The notes under the pieces were generated by a model. That model was not told where the DNA came from. It saw only the letters and a program-made list of their open reading frames with translations, and did not search any database. Position numbers and translations under genes: made by a program. Shown here piece after piece: positions 14,616 to 30,527 of a stretch of DNA of 64,000 bases (position 1 is the first letter of the stretch; every line of letters starts with the position of its first letter). This DNA is from the human T2T-CHM13v2.0 reference genome, Homo sapiens: NCBI RefSeq assembly GCF_009914755.1, contig NC_060928.1, one strand, 5' to 3'.

Positions 14616-15659
14616 TTAGATTTTCAAAGCTGTAAGTTACTCCTATGAAGTTATGCATAATTCTTACATCTTCATTGCTTCCAATTTGGTCAAGAAAGAA
14701 ACCCTAGAATCTTGATCCTTCTGGAAGAAAAGGGAGAAAACAGGTAAAGTGGTAAAATTGGTTAGTGAAAGATAATGAAAGCCTTTAAGAAAAATTCTGA
14801 AACTGAAAGCAGCAGGGGGCAGTAGAACATTTTGAGTATGGAACACGGGGAGAAAGGGGACTGGTCAGTGGAGAAGGATGCTGGCATCTCTGAAGAAATG
14901 TTTTAGTTTTATTTTTAAATACACAAGACTATCTTTTGATCATTACGTTTCCTGTTTTCATGATCCTGCAAGCTAGGGATAGTCACCTGTGGTCAATATT
15001 AATATCAAATGAAACCTGTCCATTTAGAAAAGTAGCTTATGCTCCTTTCCCAACATCAGTATGTAGAATGTGCCCCTATGCATAATATATAGCAATTTAT
15101 ATTTTAATTCTCTTTTCTTCTTTTGTATAATTTGGCTTGAAAATCCTAAAATGTAGGGTAGAGGGACTCAAATTAGGAAGCTTGAGAATTACAAGCCAGG
15201 TAATCCATTGAGTATTAATTTTTCAATAGATTTATTTCCCGCGATTTGAGATCCTTATCCCACTGCATTTTCGTGTGCTTTTTTTGTTTTGTTTTGTTTT
15301 ATCAAGTCAAAACAAACCAGTTTTTATTCATGGAGAAATCTTGCCTCTGTGCCTTTGCCCGGACTGTACTTTTACTTAGGATTTCCTTTCTTGTATATCC
15401 ATGACTCCAAGTTATAATCAGTTCTTCAAAACTTATTTCAGATTCCAGATTATTGGTGACCACTTCTGGTATTTCCCCAACCAAAGAAAGCTGAATCCTC
15501 GCTTGCATTCTCCATAGCAGTATCCATGCACTTAATTATAGTACTTAATTTTCTATCTTAAAAAAATATATATAAATAAAATTTGTATTTTTCTTATAGG
15601 ATTGTCAACTTCTTGAGTGCAGAAATTCATTTCTCTGATATACACAGCATCTACTACAG

Positions 15660-15960
15660 TTTCTTTCCTCCATTCCCTTCCTTTTTACCTACCTTCCTTC
15701 CTTCCTTCCTTCATTCCATGCCTCCATCCCTCCACCCGCTCTATTTCTTTCCCTCCCTCCCTCCCTTCCCTTCCCTCCCTTCCTCCCTCCCTCCCTCCCT
15801 CCCTCCCTCCCTCCCTCCTTCCTTCCTTCCTTCCTTCCTTCCTTCCTTCCTTCCTTCCTTCCTTCCTTCTTTCCCTGACTCCCTCTCTCCACCCCCTCTA
15901 TTTCTTTTCCTTCCTTCCTTCCTTCCTTCCTTCCTTCCTTCCTTCCTTCCTTCCTTCCTT
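15660..15960. repeat. (CCTT)n/(CCCT)n polypyrimidine tract
   Basis: About 300 bp of nearly pure C/T tetranucleotide repeats. Confidence 0.95.
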
Positions 15961-16238
15961 AAACTAAGGGTCTCCTTGTCACCCAGGCAGGAGTGCAGTG
16001 GCGCCATCATAGCTCACTGCTGCCTTGAATTCCTGGACTCAAGCCATCCTCCTGCCTCAGCCTCCCACGTGGCTGACACTGCAGGAGCACACCACCACAC
16101 TCGGATAAATTCTTAATTTTTTTTCATAGAGGCAGGATCTCACTTTGCAGTCCAGGCTTGTCTCAAACTCCTGACTTCAAGTCCCTCCTTGGCCTGCTAA
16201 AGTATTGGGATTATAGGCATGAGCCACTGGGTTCAGCC
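15961..16238 (-). mobile_element. AluJ
   Basis: atcatagctcactgc...cctggactcaagccatcctcc J-type motifs; agtttctt flanks both the tract (15658) and the Alu end (16239). Confidence 0.93.
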
Positions 16239-16359
16239 AGTTTCTTATTCTTGTTAGACATTTGATTAATACTTGTTCAATCTATATATGCAGTTACTCT
16301 TTTTGAATCTTACCTATGCTGCATTAAGACATTCAAGACAATGGGGTGAAAGGACAGGA

Positions 16360-16607
16360 AACTAGTATTTAGTAAGTGCTTAAGTGTATACCAGGGACTC
16401 TAATTCTTTGCATCTGTTCTTTTAAAATCCTATTAGCAACTGTTTAAAATAGGTAATATTATGTCCATGCATTTAAGGACATGAATCTCACAGGCAGTAA
16501 CTTGCCCAAGCTCACATGGATAGTGTGAGGCAGAACTGGGATTTGAGACCCACTGCCTGTCCCCTGACCACCTCCAAAGCCCATGTCGTTTTCACAACAC
16601 AGCAGCT
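16360..16607 (-). mobile_element. MIR
   Basis: agtaacttgcccaagctcacatggatagtgtgaggcagaactgggatttga. Confidence 0.75.
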
Positions 16608-16619
16608 ATTATCTATTTG

Positions 16620-17130
16620 GTGCTACACATTGCTTTAGGAACTGCTGATTCTACATTGAATAAAATACTCTACTGTCTTTGAAAGACTCACATGCCAGCA
16701 AGGAGGAGATTAATTATTATGATTTTTAGTGATAAGTGCTTTAAAAATGTCCTATGGCTACCAGGCCAGGGACCATTACCTGTGCCTGGCAAGAGACGCG
16801 CTTCATGGAGAGGTGTAGCTTGGACTTGGGAAGTGATGGGGCCTTGAGGGATTAGCAGTTCACCAGGTAGAGATGCTAGAAAGGCCAAGGAAGGAGTCTA
16901 CCATTCAGAAACGGGATGTCATAGCTCACTTGATCAGCTCATTGGCTGGGAATTTGTGTACATGGTAAAACGAGTGGAAAATGCCATCACCTCATTATGG
17001 AATCTCTGGAGTGCTCCAAAGTGCCAATAGGTAACCTGATGTATTAAATCACATGACAACAGAGGTTTATAGTATATAGATTAGATATCAGAGAAGTGAT
17101 TTATACTGCAGTGGTAAGGTCAGACAGAAA
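16620..17130 (-). mobile_element. L2 fragment
   Basis: gcttcatggagaggtgtagcttggacttgggaag...ggccttgagg, antisense L2-like. Confidence 0.5.
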
Positions 17131-17140
17131 ATATAGGAGG

Positions 17141-17360
17141 GGAAACAACGTGGTATAGAAAGCATGAGCTTTGAAGTCAAATACATGAAGCTTTGAATCT
17201 CAGCTCTTGACACTTTTCAGCTACATGATCTTGAAAAGTAATCCAGTTGCTTTGAGTATCAGTCACTGCCTCTGTAAAATGGGGATATTAGCTACTTCAA
17301 AGACTCTTGGTGGGATTAGAGAAGGAATGGAGTACTTAATAGAAGGTAGGTATTTAGTAA
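17141..17360 (+). mobile_element. MIR
   Basis: gctttgaagtcaaa...tttgaatctcagctct...ctctgtaaaatgggga. Confidence 0.75.
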
Positions 17361-18149
17361 ACAGAGGCTTATATATACCCTTAATTTTTGTACATATGGG
17401 TATACTTATAAAAATGTTGGTAAAGCAATGCTGTTTCAAAGATCCTATTTTAAATATATCAATATATGAAGTAATGTCAAGTTTCTAGTTGTACATATGT
17501 ACATACAAACAAACATATATTTACCTTTATTCTAATTTAGTGACATTCTGATGCTAAAAGGACATGGAAAGTTCACATGCTTTTCATTTTCTTATACTTA
17601 CTTGTATGAAAAAGACTATGTCATTCTTCATTGAGTCTTATTTTGGAGGTTTCGAGAATAAGTTTAATTTTATGCCATTCCTAAGGTATTTTAGGATTCT
17701 GTCATCAGATTCATCATTATTATCATAATTAATTCAAAATTATAAATGATATGATTCTCCTTGTTTGTAAACCAGTTTCCTTGGGTTTTAGATATGGTCA
17801 ATTTAACAATGATACTGTTCCTGTTGTTGAAATAACGTTTGCCAAAAGTTATATTCTAGATATTCTTAAATTAAAAGAGTAATATTCTTATTGCAATAAA
17901 GTTATTTTTATGTATTTCACAAACAACTTTATTGAATATTGAAAGTTTTTAAATAAGAACACCAATTATAACATTCTTTGCACTAAAATCCTCTAGAGGC
18001 TCAGATTTTTACTTTTAGTTTTAGAATAAAGCAGTGAAACCTCTTTCTGCTTTTAACAGATCTTTTTTTTTCTTTATCCACTCTCTTTTCTTCTTTTATA
18101 GCATCCCTTTTCACCAATTATTTTCATTTCTCTTATTTTTTTAACTTAC

Positions 18150-19540
<1,391 letters not shown>

Positions 19541-19549
19541 GAACTCAAT

Positions 19550-19865
19550 TTTTTAAATTAGTTAATTAATTTATTTTCAGAGACAGGCTCTTATTCTCTT
19601 GCCCAGGCTGGAGTGTAGTGGTGCAATCATAGCTCATTATAGCTGTAAACTCTTGGGCTCAAGTGATCCTCCTGCCTCAGCCTTCCTAGTAGCTGGATTA
19701 CAAGTTCATGTCACCACACTCAGCAAATTATTTTTTTAATTTTTTGTTGAAATGGATGTCTTACTATTTTGCCCAAGCTGGTCTCAAACTCTTGCCCTTA
19801 TGCAATCCTCCCACCTTGGCCTCCCAAAGCACTGGAATTTTAGGCGTGGGCCATGGTGCCAGGCC
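19550..19865 (-). mobile_element. AluJ
   Basis: J-type motifs; TSD tgaactcaat at 19540 and 19866. Confidence 0.95.
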
Positions 19866-21168
19866 TGAACTCAATATTTTATACCAAAATAATTTTGATT
19901 TAAAAAACGTATGTGTGGGAAAAGTTGGGAGCAATTAGAAAACAGTTTTAAACTTTGTATCTAATTTTAAAACCATGCTCTTAAAATAAGATTATCCCTC
20001 AGATATTTGTGTTCACAGGTAAATATTTTAGCAATAACTTTTGAAAAATGTGATGAAATAATGTTGAATTTCTTTACATTTTTGTGTTCGAAAGTCAGTG
20101 TTATAAATGAAAAATCACATAATCGATGTAACAAGTTATTATAGGATTTGCTACACAGTAGATGGTAATTCTGATTTTTATTTAATATAGATTGTTATGG
20201 AAATCTTTATAAAATTTTGCTACAAAAATGTTTACATATGTGACCTTACTGGAAGTGAATAGTACTACTTTGGTTTAAAAGTTTGTTCTTAAGAATAAGA
20301 ACATTTTAGAGTTATAGAAAATAGTCCAGTCAATGATAATAGCTGTGTGTAACTATTCTAATTGAGAATGGATCATTCTTTATGGAAGATTTGGTAAATT
20401 ATACAGAATATTGAGCCTTTATTGTTTGTAAAATTAATTTAATTTTGTTTGAAATATACTCTATTAAGCCACTATAAATGTGTATCCAATAAGCTATCTG
20501 AATTAGTATTCAGATGAAAATATATTGAATTTCTCAGGGCTTTCAATATCAGTTCTATTTCCGTGAGCATTTTAGCTTTCTGATACAAGAAATGCAATTT
20601 GAATTGTTTACTGCTGTAAGCCACTGGTTATTTTCAGACATAATGGAATAATGGTGTTTAGCCACAATGTGGTATTTTCTAAAAGCACTTGAAATATTTC
20701 ATGAGTAAGATTAGCTAAAGAATTTAGTCTTGTTTTTTATGACCATGATAGTTTATGTCTGCAACCTGAGAAGTTTTTATTTTCAGAACAGTTTCTCAAG
20801 AGTTTTATTTTAAAGAAAATGAAACTTTTTCTTATAAGATCAGATATCAGGTTTCCACTAACTGTGTTAAATATTTCGCTTTAAGTTACAGTATGGAAAA
20901 TTTGAGTTACTCAACCAACTCAACTAACTTAGGCATTTTATTGTGAACCAAGAGGAGAGGAGTGTGAGATAATTATAATCAAAAACTACCATAAATACAT
21001 GATGTGATTGTAAATTTATTCTTTAGTGAAATACTGAGAACAGATTATTTTAGATTATCATTTTTAATTTATGTTCACAAAACATTTTCATGAATAATTC
21101 ATATTGATAAAGTGTTATATATTTTGTAGTTATAAGTAAAATTAAAATATATATTAAAGAAAACATAT

Positions 21169-21502
<334 letters not shown>

Positions 21503-21793
21503 TTAATTGATATTTTAGTCCTTCTTTAAATGGCAAATATAAAATAGATTTTCTTGCTCTTATTATTTTATCCTAAAGTGATTTTCATGGAATTTTGTCT
21601 ATAAGAAATTGAAATAAATTTTATGCTGTATAATTATGTCAGAATTTGACACAATAAAGATATTTTTCAGTTCTATGATTGGGTTAACTGTTTCTAGGCT
21701 TGAGGGAGAATTTTGCTTGTAAACCGTATTAATTTGGTAGATCGCATTCTACTGTAGTCTTGTCATATTTGTTGACTTTCTGTAAAAAGTGGC

Positions 21794-22216
21794 TGTATTA
21801 GTCTGTTTCTGCATTGCTATAAAGAAATACCTGAGACTTGGTAATTTATAAAAGAAAAGAGGTTTAATTGGCTCAGAGTTCTGCAAGCTGTAACAGAAGT
21901 ATGGCACTAACATCTGATGGCTTTTGGTGAGGCCTCAGGAAGCTTACAGTCATAACAGAAGGCAAAGCTGGAGCAGGCACATCACGTGGTAAGAGCAGGA
22001 GGAAGAGAGAGGGAGGCAGATGCCATATGTTTTTAAACAGCCAGCTCTCATGAGAAGTCAGAGCCAGAATCCACTCATCACCAAGGGGATGGTGCCAAGC
22101 CATTCATGAGGGACCCACCCCTGTCATCAAGTCAGCTCCCACTAGGTCCCACCTCCCACACTGGAGGTCACATTTCAATGTGAGATTTGGAGGCAGCCAA
22201 CATCCAGACCACATGA
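21794..22216 (-). mobile_element. MaLR MSTB-like solo LTR
   Basis: tgtattagtctgtttctgcattgctataaagaaatacctgagac...; 5-bp TSD gtggc at 21789 and 22217. Confidence 0.92.
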
Positions 22217-22291
22217 GTGGCTTTCTGATTACTTTCTGCCTTCTTTTTTTCTTTTTTAGTATATCCACTTTACTGTTTGTATGTGTTAAAG

Positions 22292-22609
22292 CGGTGGTCC
22301 CCAACCTTTTTGGCACCAGGGACTGGTTTTTGGAAGACAGTTTTTCTATGGAATGGGTGGGGGATTGTTTTGGGATGAAACTGTTCTGCGCTAGATTCTC
22401 ATAAGGAGTGTGCAACCTAGATCCCTCGCAAGCACAGTTGGCAAAAGGGTTTGTCCTCCTATGACGATCTTACGCGGCTGCTGATCTGAACACGAGGTGG
22501 CGCTCAGGCGGCAATGCTCACTTGCCTGCTGCTCACCTCCTCCTGGGCAACCCGCTCCTCACAGGCCATGGATCAGCACTGGTCCAGGCCCAGGGGTTGG
22601 GGACCCCTG
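22292..22609. mobile_element. MER1B-like hAT-Charlie MITE, complete
   Basis: TIRs cggtggtccccaacc / ggttggggacccctg; perfect 8-bp TSD tgttaaag at 22284 and 22610, the hAT hallmark. Confidence 0.93.
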
Positions 22610-22779
22610 TGTTAAAGTCATGTTCTTATAGCTATTTTTAAGGTTACAAAGATAAATATTTTTTATCTCTTATGACTGCAAATTGTATATCATAGTTAGA
22701 TTGTTTCTCAATCCAGGAGCAATTAAATTTGTACATTAGGTAATAAGCATTTTTCTGCCAACCCCATATTAAGAATACA

Positions 22780-22970
22780 TGGTAATAAAACAGGATGACA
22801 CAGAGTAAAGTACCTGTTTCTGGTGTCAGAAACAACTGACATATTCCAGCTCTCTATTTTTTGGCTGTGTTATCTTGGGCAACTTTCTGAGTTTTAATTT
22901 TCTTATCTGTGAAATATAAACAATTAATGAAACGAGATAATGTTAAGATCTGATAAGGATTAGAAACACC
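22780..22970 (+). mobile_element. MIR fragment
   Basis: ggctgtgttatcttgggcaactttctgagttttaattttcttatctgtgaaat. Confidence 0.6.
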
Positions 22971-23389
22971 AAATGATAGCAAAGTATGAACAACCTTCTT
23001 TCCCGCTTGGGAAACAGGTATTTCACAGTTTTAGAGGTTTATGTATATATACACATACACACACTTACTCAACGGTTTGATATATTGAGTAAATGTATCT
23101 GTAGGTATTTACTGAGTTCCTGATTGCCAGGCTCTGTTCTAGGTTTCTGAGATACATGACTTAATAAAACAAAACCTCTGTCCTTGTCGAGCTTAGTATT
23201 TTAGAAAGTGAATATTGTGGGTTTTCCTTTCATGTCATTAATATTTATTTTAAAGCATTCTAGCAGTATTGGCTGTCTATATTCTTGGCTCACAATATAT
23301 TCATATTCCCATGAACTAATGGGAAGAAGAAAAAAATAGGACAGGATAAAAGTTAGTTGTTTTTCATATGAAAAGAGGTCTTATGACTT

Positions 23390-24300
23390 TATTTAAAAAG
23401 ACAAACAATATAAGGGAAATTGAAAAAATGATGTTAACAGGTAATTCACAAAGAACTGCAGATGGTCAATAAATTCATGGAAAGCTGCCCAAACTTACTA
23501 GTAATTAGGGAAATAATAAAAGCAAATAAAACCATGGATACTCTTTTTTCCTGCATAAAATTAGCAGAAGGGAAAAATGTTAATAATGCCTAGTGTTGTT
23601 AAAGGTGTGGGGAATATAAGCACATTTCTACACAGGGATATGAATTGTAACTTTTTTGGAAAGCAATCTGTATTACCTAGTAAAATTAAAAATTATAAAC
23701 GTGATCATACCCAAGGTTCTGCATTTTTAGTCATCTATCTTAGAGAGATCAAAGTACCAATATATAAAAGTGTGTCTTCAATACTGTGTATATTATTATT
23801 TGAAATGACAAAAAGCTAGGAATAAAACCTTAGAGTTTCTCAATAAAGAGACATTTCAAGACAAAAGTACCAATATATGAAGTTTTGCCCAGAAGGCATA
23901 ATGTTTTCATCCATGCTTGTGAGAACAAGGACTGCAAAACGTCATGAATATTCAACCACAACAGAGTAGTTCAACAAATTGTGATGAACTCAAAGTACAC
24001 AGCATTAGGTAGATATTTCAAAGATAAACTAGAGTTGTTACCATTGACGTAGATGATAGATATCTGTGATATCTTAAGTGAGAAAAGCAAGTAGGCTTGT
24101 GATGTGCTTGTTATAATCCATTTGGTTTTAAATTTGAAGATACTTTATGAACATAGAGAAAGAAGGGGAAGAATGTGTATCAAATTGTAAATATTTATCA
24201 CTTCAATGTGGAGGTTGTTGAAGGGAGAAGGGAAGGAACACTTGACTTTCTTCTGTCTGATTTATTTATTTTCTCATTGATAAAATTATCAGAAAGGAAA
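23390..24300 (+). mobile_element. Old L1 (L1ME-like) 3' region
   Basis: cagatggtcaataaattcatggaaagctgcccaaacttactagtaattagggaaat...ggaaagcaatctg, L1 ORF2 end / 3'UTR-like. Confidence 0.75.
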
Positions 24301-26129
24301 AAACATAAGAAAGTTAAAATTTCAAGCTGTTAAAAATGTTCTATTTAGGGTAGCATTGGCATATGTCTTACACTAAAGACAGTACAGAGTTCTGCTGGAA
24401 CTCTTTACATTAGGTAGTAGATGTTTAGTAAATATTTCAGTCACTCATTAATTGAAATATATTGAGAATTCTATAGCCATGGGCTTTTAATACATACACA
24501 CACATAATCTATGATACATTTATTGTGTATTCTATGTACTTATTACATATTAATTCATATTTATGATATTTTGAGGGCCATTACATCCACGGTACCTTTA
24601 TCTATACATGATTTTCCTACTTACTTTGCAGTTTTATTTTCTTGGTAGTGATAGTGAGCCAGGCAGGGATAGTAATACTCCACAATAAAGTCACCTCCCT
24701 CTGGCCTCCTCCCAGATTCCAAAAATGTGAGCTAGGCAAAACATAAAGAACTTTATGCATTCATTCACTGCGTTATTCTAAGGTTTATTGCTTGCTAAGT
24801 CTTGTGGGAGGAAAAAAGATTTATTCTAAGAGATTTATTCAAAGGTCTTTTACCTACAAGGAGTTTACACTTCTGCAGGTTATAAACATGTCAACAATTC
24901 TTTGGCACTTAATTTTTATTCTTCAGCCTAGATTAAGGTTTTTTTACATACTTATCAACTACTACACAAAAATCAAAACCCCTCCATTCTTAACTTTTAA
25001 ATACGTCCTCAGTAAAGGAGACAAGACCAGAAATTATTTCACAGAAAATATTTACAAAAATTATAGCCAAGACATAGGAGACAATTTAGATATGCTACAC
25101 TATAAAAATGGCTACCATGGGTATTTTGCTTGTTGGATCCCAGTATATTTGGTCTTTATTTTAGTTTAACAGGTCTCACATAAAGTCATCTACTAAAAAC
25201 ACTTCCATTCTTTAAGTCCAGAATTCTAAGTAGAAAAAGAAAGCATTCTGATTGATTCACAGAAATCTCTGTGAAAGTATTGCCTTTTATTATATTTATA
25301 TATAAATATGTTTTATATATTTGTAGTGTATCTATATACTCATATGTGAGAAATATGATACCAGAAAAGCTACTATGAATTATTTTACCTATACATTAGT
25401 TGTTGGTATATTATGCATTTTTAATTTGTGAGTATATTTGGGTAGCATTATTATATTCCTGGCAGGGCTTGAGCTTTTTTTTTTTTTTTAATCTCCAGGG
25501 ATTCTTCCTATTTTCTAATTCAGTTCGTTGTTCTTGGTTTATTGTGAACAAGGAAAGCAAATAATCAAGCTGGCTGAATTATGTTTAAAATAAGTATGAA
25601 TAAACCCAGAAGGAGGACCTGCAGTATTCTATGTGTAAAACACATGGGATTAGTGGGAAAAAAATGTGTGAAATATTTTGACTGTTTGAAAGATTAAAAA
25701 AAAAAAAAGTATCGTTTGGTTTACTTACTAGTTCACAGCCACGTTTTGAAGAGTTAAAGTTGTCAGATGGTTTGCTTCTGGATGCATGACATACATAGGA
25801 GAGTAATATCTCCTTGAGTTTATTAACATGCTACAATTCATGAGACTTTTTCCCCACATACCTGTTTGTCACGCAGTATTAATGATGACATGGTATATTT
25901 ACATTTAATTTATATAGACAAAAATGCTTCATTGTTGAACTCATATTTGTTAAAATGAAAGGAAAGAAAAAAAAACAAAACTGAGACTTCAATTTCATGT
26001 ATTTTAAGGTACCAAAGCATTCAATCTTTAAGTAATAAGAATTACAGTAAGACCCTACAGCATAGCAAATTCCACAGGCAGTTTATTGAAATACATTCAA
26101 TTATCTGAAACTTCTGTAGTCCTTAGAAG

Positions 26130-26370
26130 GCACTGTGAGAATCAGAGGTGCATTAGCTGCAGTTTCAGTCAGACCTGAGTTTGAATCATTGCTCTTTTAT
26201 TAGGTTCTCTAAAATGAGTTATCTAAGGCTGAACCTCAGATTCTATGTCTGTAAAATGGGATTTAAGTACTGTACTTCTAAGTTTGTTATGAGGAATAAA
26301 TGATCCTTGTCAAGTACCTCTAGCCTAGGCCTAGGGCTTGTTCCTGTCAGTAACTGGTGGTTTCGTGCTT
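26130..26370 (+). mobile_element. MIR
   Basis: gtcagacctgagtttgaatc...ctgaacctcagattctatgtctgtaaaatggg. Confidence 0.75.
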
Positions 26371-28989
26371 AGTTATCATATGCCAAAATTGTGTGTAATG
26401 AGTTACTACTACAAAGGCCAAAGCTTGACCCTGGCTGTAAGAATGCATTTTTCAAAATCATTAAAAAAAATTCTCATTAGAGGATAAAAGAACAAATACT
26501 GAGAGAATCCTAAAGAATCTACGTCTTCTTGTTGTGACTGATTCTCAAGCAAAGGAAAAGGAATTTTAAATAAAGGATTTCCGTTGGATTTCTAGCCTTA
26601 TAGAAGAAACATTTTCCAAAATGCTGATATGTTTTAATTTAATGATGTGCTATTTGGGGTCCATTTTTTGTACATTCATCATGATTCTAAAACTGAGTTT
26701 GGATGAAAAGCATGTAGTGCTTGCCTTGTTCTTACATCAGAAGAATTTTTTCTTTTGTCCATTTTATGCTTGTTTCCAAAGGCTTAAAATGAAAGCTTTG
26801 TTTCTGCAATAATGGCTTAGTGTAGGCTTACATTGTTGATCCCCTCAGTAGATGCAATGTAATCCACTTTGGTAATGTGAATTTTTAAACAATCATCGGC
26901 CTCTGCCATTAACCCTTCTCTGCTAATGATAATACTCTACAAAAACTACAAAGAAGCTCGGGCCTAGCTTAACATTAGACTTGGAGCGCACTTAGCTGAA
27001 TTTGCATTTCTTATTTTAGCAGCAGTGAATTGCTGAGCATATGTTGAACTTCATCAATACCAAAAGTAGAATAGGTGATTGTGAAACTAATGTTCAAGTG
27101 CAAGCATTCAAACACAAACACGGGAAACTAGAAGAAAATAATGATGAAACGAATTAAAAGTGCTTTCCAGTCCAAAATTCCCCTTGAAGGGGCTTCGGCT
27201 GCTGTTGCTTTTTGCAATATTTTTTAACTTGACCTGTTGCTTTGCCTAGTTCATTGTAGTGCAAATGTCTCAAATAAAGCTGTACATGAGTCATTTTTTT
27301 TTTCCTTCTCAGTTCAGGCTACTTGGATAATAGCTCACTTTGAACACAAGCATGGGAACCTATTGAATGTTTCCTGCATAAAGCCTACAGAGCTTTGCTC
27401 AGTAACTTGACATGTTTCTTTAGGAGAGAGAAATGGTAAATTAGCTAAGAGTGATTTTATTCCATGACTTATTTCCGAACTAACTTTGAGAACACATTTC
27501 CACTTAGTGTTTGGATTCCACTCTGGGGACTTAGAACTAAGGCTTCTTACGTATGGTTAAGTAATATATATGGTGGACGACTAAGTTAAGATGTTCCTTA
27601 GAGACTTATAGACATTTAAAGCTTTACCTAAAGTAGAGAGGACTTTACTGCAACTCCTATTGAAGCTGCAGTACTGTATGCCTTCAGGGCTGTGGATTTA
27701 ATAAACAAAAGATCTGTCACCAAGCTTGGTTCACAGTAGGGGGTAGATGTAATTATATACTTTAAAGGGGAAAAGACTGTTGTTATTATTTTACATTTAT
27801 TGAGTGCCAACATTTTGCAATGTGCTGTACCTAACATAGAATTAGATACAGTCCTTGCCCAGTGGACTATCTATTTAAATTAGACACAATCTAAATATTT
27901 CTCTTAAGTAGTTCCTGTGTTTTCAAATTTGTTACCCAGTGCATTGTATGAGTGTACAAAAGTATTATTGTACTTGCAAATGTTATTTAAAAGTATAAAG
28001 ACTTTTAAAGACAGGTGGTGAAATAAGATGTGATTATTAGACTATAAAATCGCCCATGTTTTTCAGGTCTCTTCCTTTAACAATTATTATAAAACTAAAT
28101 TTGAAATGAAAAGCAGGAAAAATATTAAATTTAGAAAATGATGGATGCATCATATTGATTTTTACTTTGAAAAAAATGGCAGTGTAACAATAATAGCACT
28201 TGTTTCTTGCTTAACTAGGTTTGGAATTATATTTATTTGTGTGGCTTTTAAGTAATTCCAGTATGGAATTCCACAAGGGTCAAGATCACATTTTCTAGAA
28301 GAGTACATTGCACCTAATAGGCATTCAGTAAAAACTGTTAAAGGAATGAATGAAATGAGTTTGCAAATATATTTCCATCTTAGTTATCGTTTTCTCAGGA
28401 CTCTTCTGATTTTAGAGTCAGAGGAGGCAGTGCTGGACTGGCTTTGGGCCAGCACTAAAAAACAAAAAAAAAAAAACAAAAACCAAAACATCCCCAAACC
28501 AAAACACCTTCCTGGGAGTATCTTTGAATAGCCCTGGTTTGGAATGCATTCTTTCTAATAAAGATGTTTCTTGTCTCTCAGCAAGAAAAAGCATGACTAC
28601 CCAGCAGATCTCCGACGCCCGTGAGAGTCCTTAGAGCTGTCCTGATCCTCATCAGTGATCAAAGGATCTTTTCACACTGGATTCCTGGTTTCCAGGGATG
28701 TAGTCACTGTACAGTGTAGTCAGTTTACTGGTCTGGTGTGTAGTCACACACAATTCTTACCATCTCTATTATAAGTCAGGCTGATATTAGGGGAAAATCT
28801 ACAGATAAACATGAAGAAGAATCTATAAGTTGGTATATTTATGTATGTGTCCTGGATATTGTGACTATTTTATACCAACTGCTATATTCCCAGCCCCAAC
28901 ATTCTCATTCAGTTTCTTCTTGGTCTTAACAGCGCACGTCAGTTCCCAGTTGCATGACTATAGCTATTCATTTAGCAGACAGAAACAAG

Positions 28990-29130
28990 GATCCTTGGTG
29001 TCATGGTGGAATCACTCAGCTTTCAGTTTGACTCTCTGGACTCCCATTTACACTGTGTTATCTAAGTTATTCAACTTATTCTGAGCCCCAGCCTCCTTAG
29101 ATGTAAAATGCAGGAAACAATTGTACTGAA
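28990..29130 (+). mobile_element. MIR fragment
   Basis: aagttattcaacttattctgagccccagcctccttagatgtaaaatg. Confidence 0.6.
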
Positions 29131-29536
29131 CTTGTCTTCTGTTTGCTTATCACATACTCACTGTTCTCCCTGCCTCTTGTCTAAGATTGTGTTCCAGAAA
29201 TGCATTTGTCATGTTCTCGTCACTGAATCTGATAGTCTCTTCAGCCACTTCCCTTTCCTTATCCCCACTACTCCCTTTACTCATCCCTGTTTTGTCACTT
29301 AATGGAAGGATTTTCCTGGACAGTTTTAAGCTCCTTTCACTCTCCCCTCCTCCTTCACTAATATCACAAAGGGGTTAAGTGTTAACTATTACATTTTTGT
29401 ACAGGATGTACAGATCTGCATAGCCCACTCCAACTTCTATCTCAAGCTTTACGCCTTTCATCTCCAACTCTGTGCTAGAAAGGTTCATCCTTCTGTTTTT
29501 GAGACAACTCCATCAAACACATAAAAGCTAAATTTA

Positions 29537-29813
29537 GGCCAGGTGCAGTGGCCCATGCCTGTAATCCCAGCACTTTGGGAGGTTGAGGCAAGCAGATCAC
29601 TTGAGGCCAGGAATTCAAGACCAGCCTGGCCAACGTGGTGAAATCCTGTCTCTGCTAAAAATTAGCCAGATGTGGTGGTGTGCACCTGTAATCCAGCTAC
29701 TTGAAAGGGAGGCGGAGGTTGTAGTGAGACTAGATTGCGCCACTGCACTGTAGCCTGGGCGACAGAGCAAGACTCTGTCTCAAAAAACAAAACAAAACAA
29801 AACAAAAAAAACT
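29537..29813 (+). mobile_element. AluS with internal deletions and (CAAAA)n tail, inserted in L2
   Basis: TSD aaagctaaattta at 29524 and 29814; part of the right arm is missing. Confidence 0.95.
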
Positions 29814-30527
29814 AAAGCTAAATTTACCAGCTCTCCTCCAAACCAATGTCTTCTCTTGCTTTTGCTGTTTCTGTTAATGATCCCAAATTTCTCCAAAGAA
29901 GCCCAGGCTACACATCACTCAGTCATTGGATAGTCAATTGCCAACATTCTGCAGATTTTCCCACCACACTATCTTTCGTATTTGCCACTTCTCTTGTTTC
30001 CTCTGTGGCTGGCCCTCACTAACGCTTGGCTCCCCTGCTAGCAGGAAAATCTTCAGGGGCTACACCATTTCTAAGTCTTAAGTAAAAATAGGAGTATATG
30101 AGTAAAGAAGGAGCCATAAAATTCAAGCTGGTGTGTAGGACCCCAGTGACTAGCTTCTGACCCAGTGGCCAAGAGACCTAAACACATAAAGGTCACTTCC
30201 TGACTCTAGAGCTCAATGAGGCTGCAGAAATGAGATGCCTTTCTGAGAGAATCCAGGAGAAGTACTGTGTAATACTGGTTCACTGCATTGGAACCATGCG
30301 GGAAAATTCATAAAGCATGAAATGCGTGGGAGCAAATGCCTCTTTGTGTTCCTAGTTAGTGCCACTTTACGTTAGACCTTACCGCCTCATGCCCAGATTT
30401 TTTCTATTAGTCACTTTCATTTTGCATTCTCTCTCCCTACAAATTATCTGCCAGAATCATTTTTATTCAAATCTGATTCCTAAACTCATGTTTAAACTTT
30501 ATCAGTGTCTTGATCCATCTGAAGGGA

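Noticed and set aside
15583-16116. 177-aa and overlapping PSFL/EGRK ORFs
   Set aside because: Stop-free artefact of the (CCTT)n tract and AluJ.
20010-20024. CAG|GTAAAT recursive-site-like motif (also near 50470 and 55903)
   Set aside because: Short pyrimidine tracts with nearby upstream AGs, or located inside a MIR.
24792-25169. 125-aa ORF on the + strand
   Set aside because: Non-ATG start, F/I/L/Y/K-biased composition typical of AT-rich noncoding DNA, and no splice boundaries.
28578-28620. CpG-containing exon-like stretch after ttgtctctcag
   Set aside because: Donor ccc|gtgaga is weak and the peptide is not recognisable.
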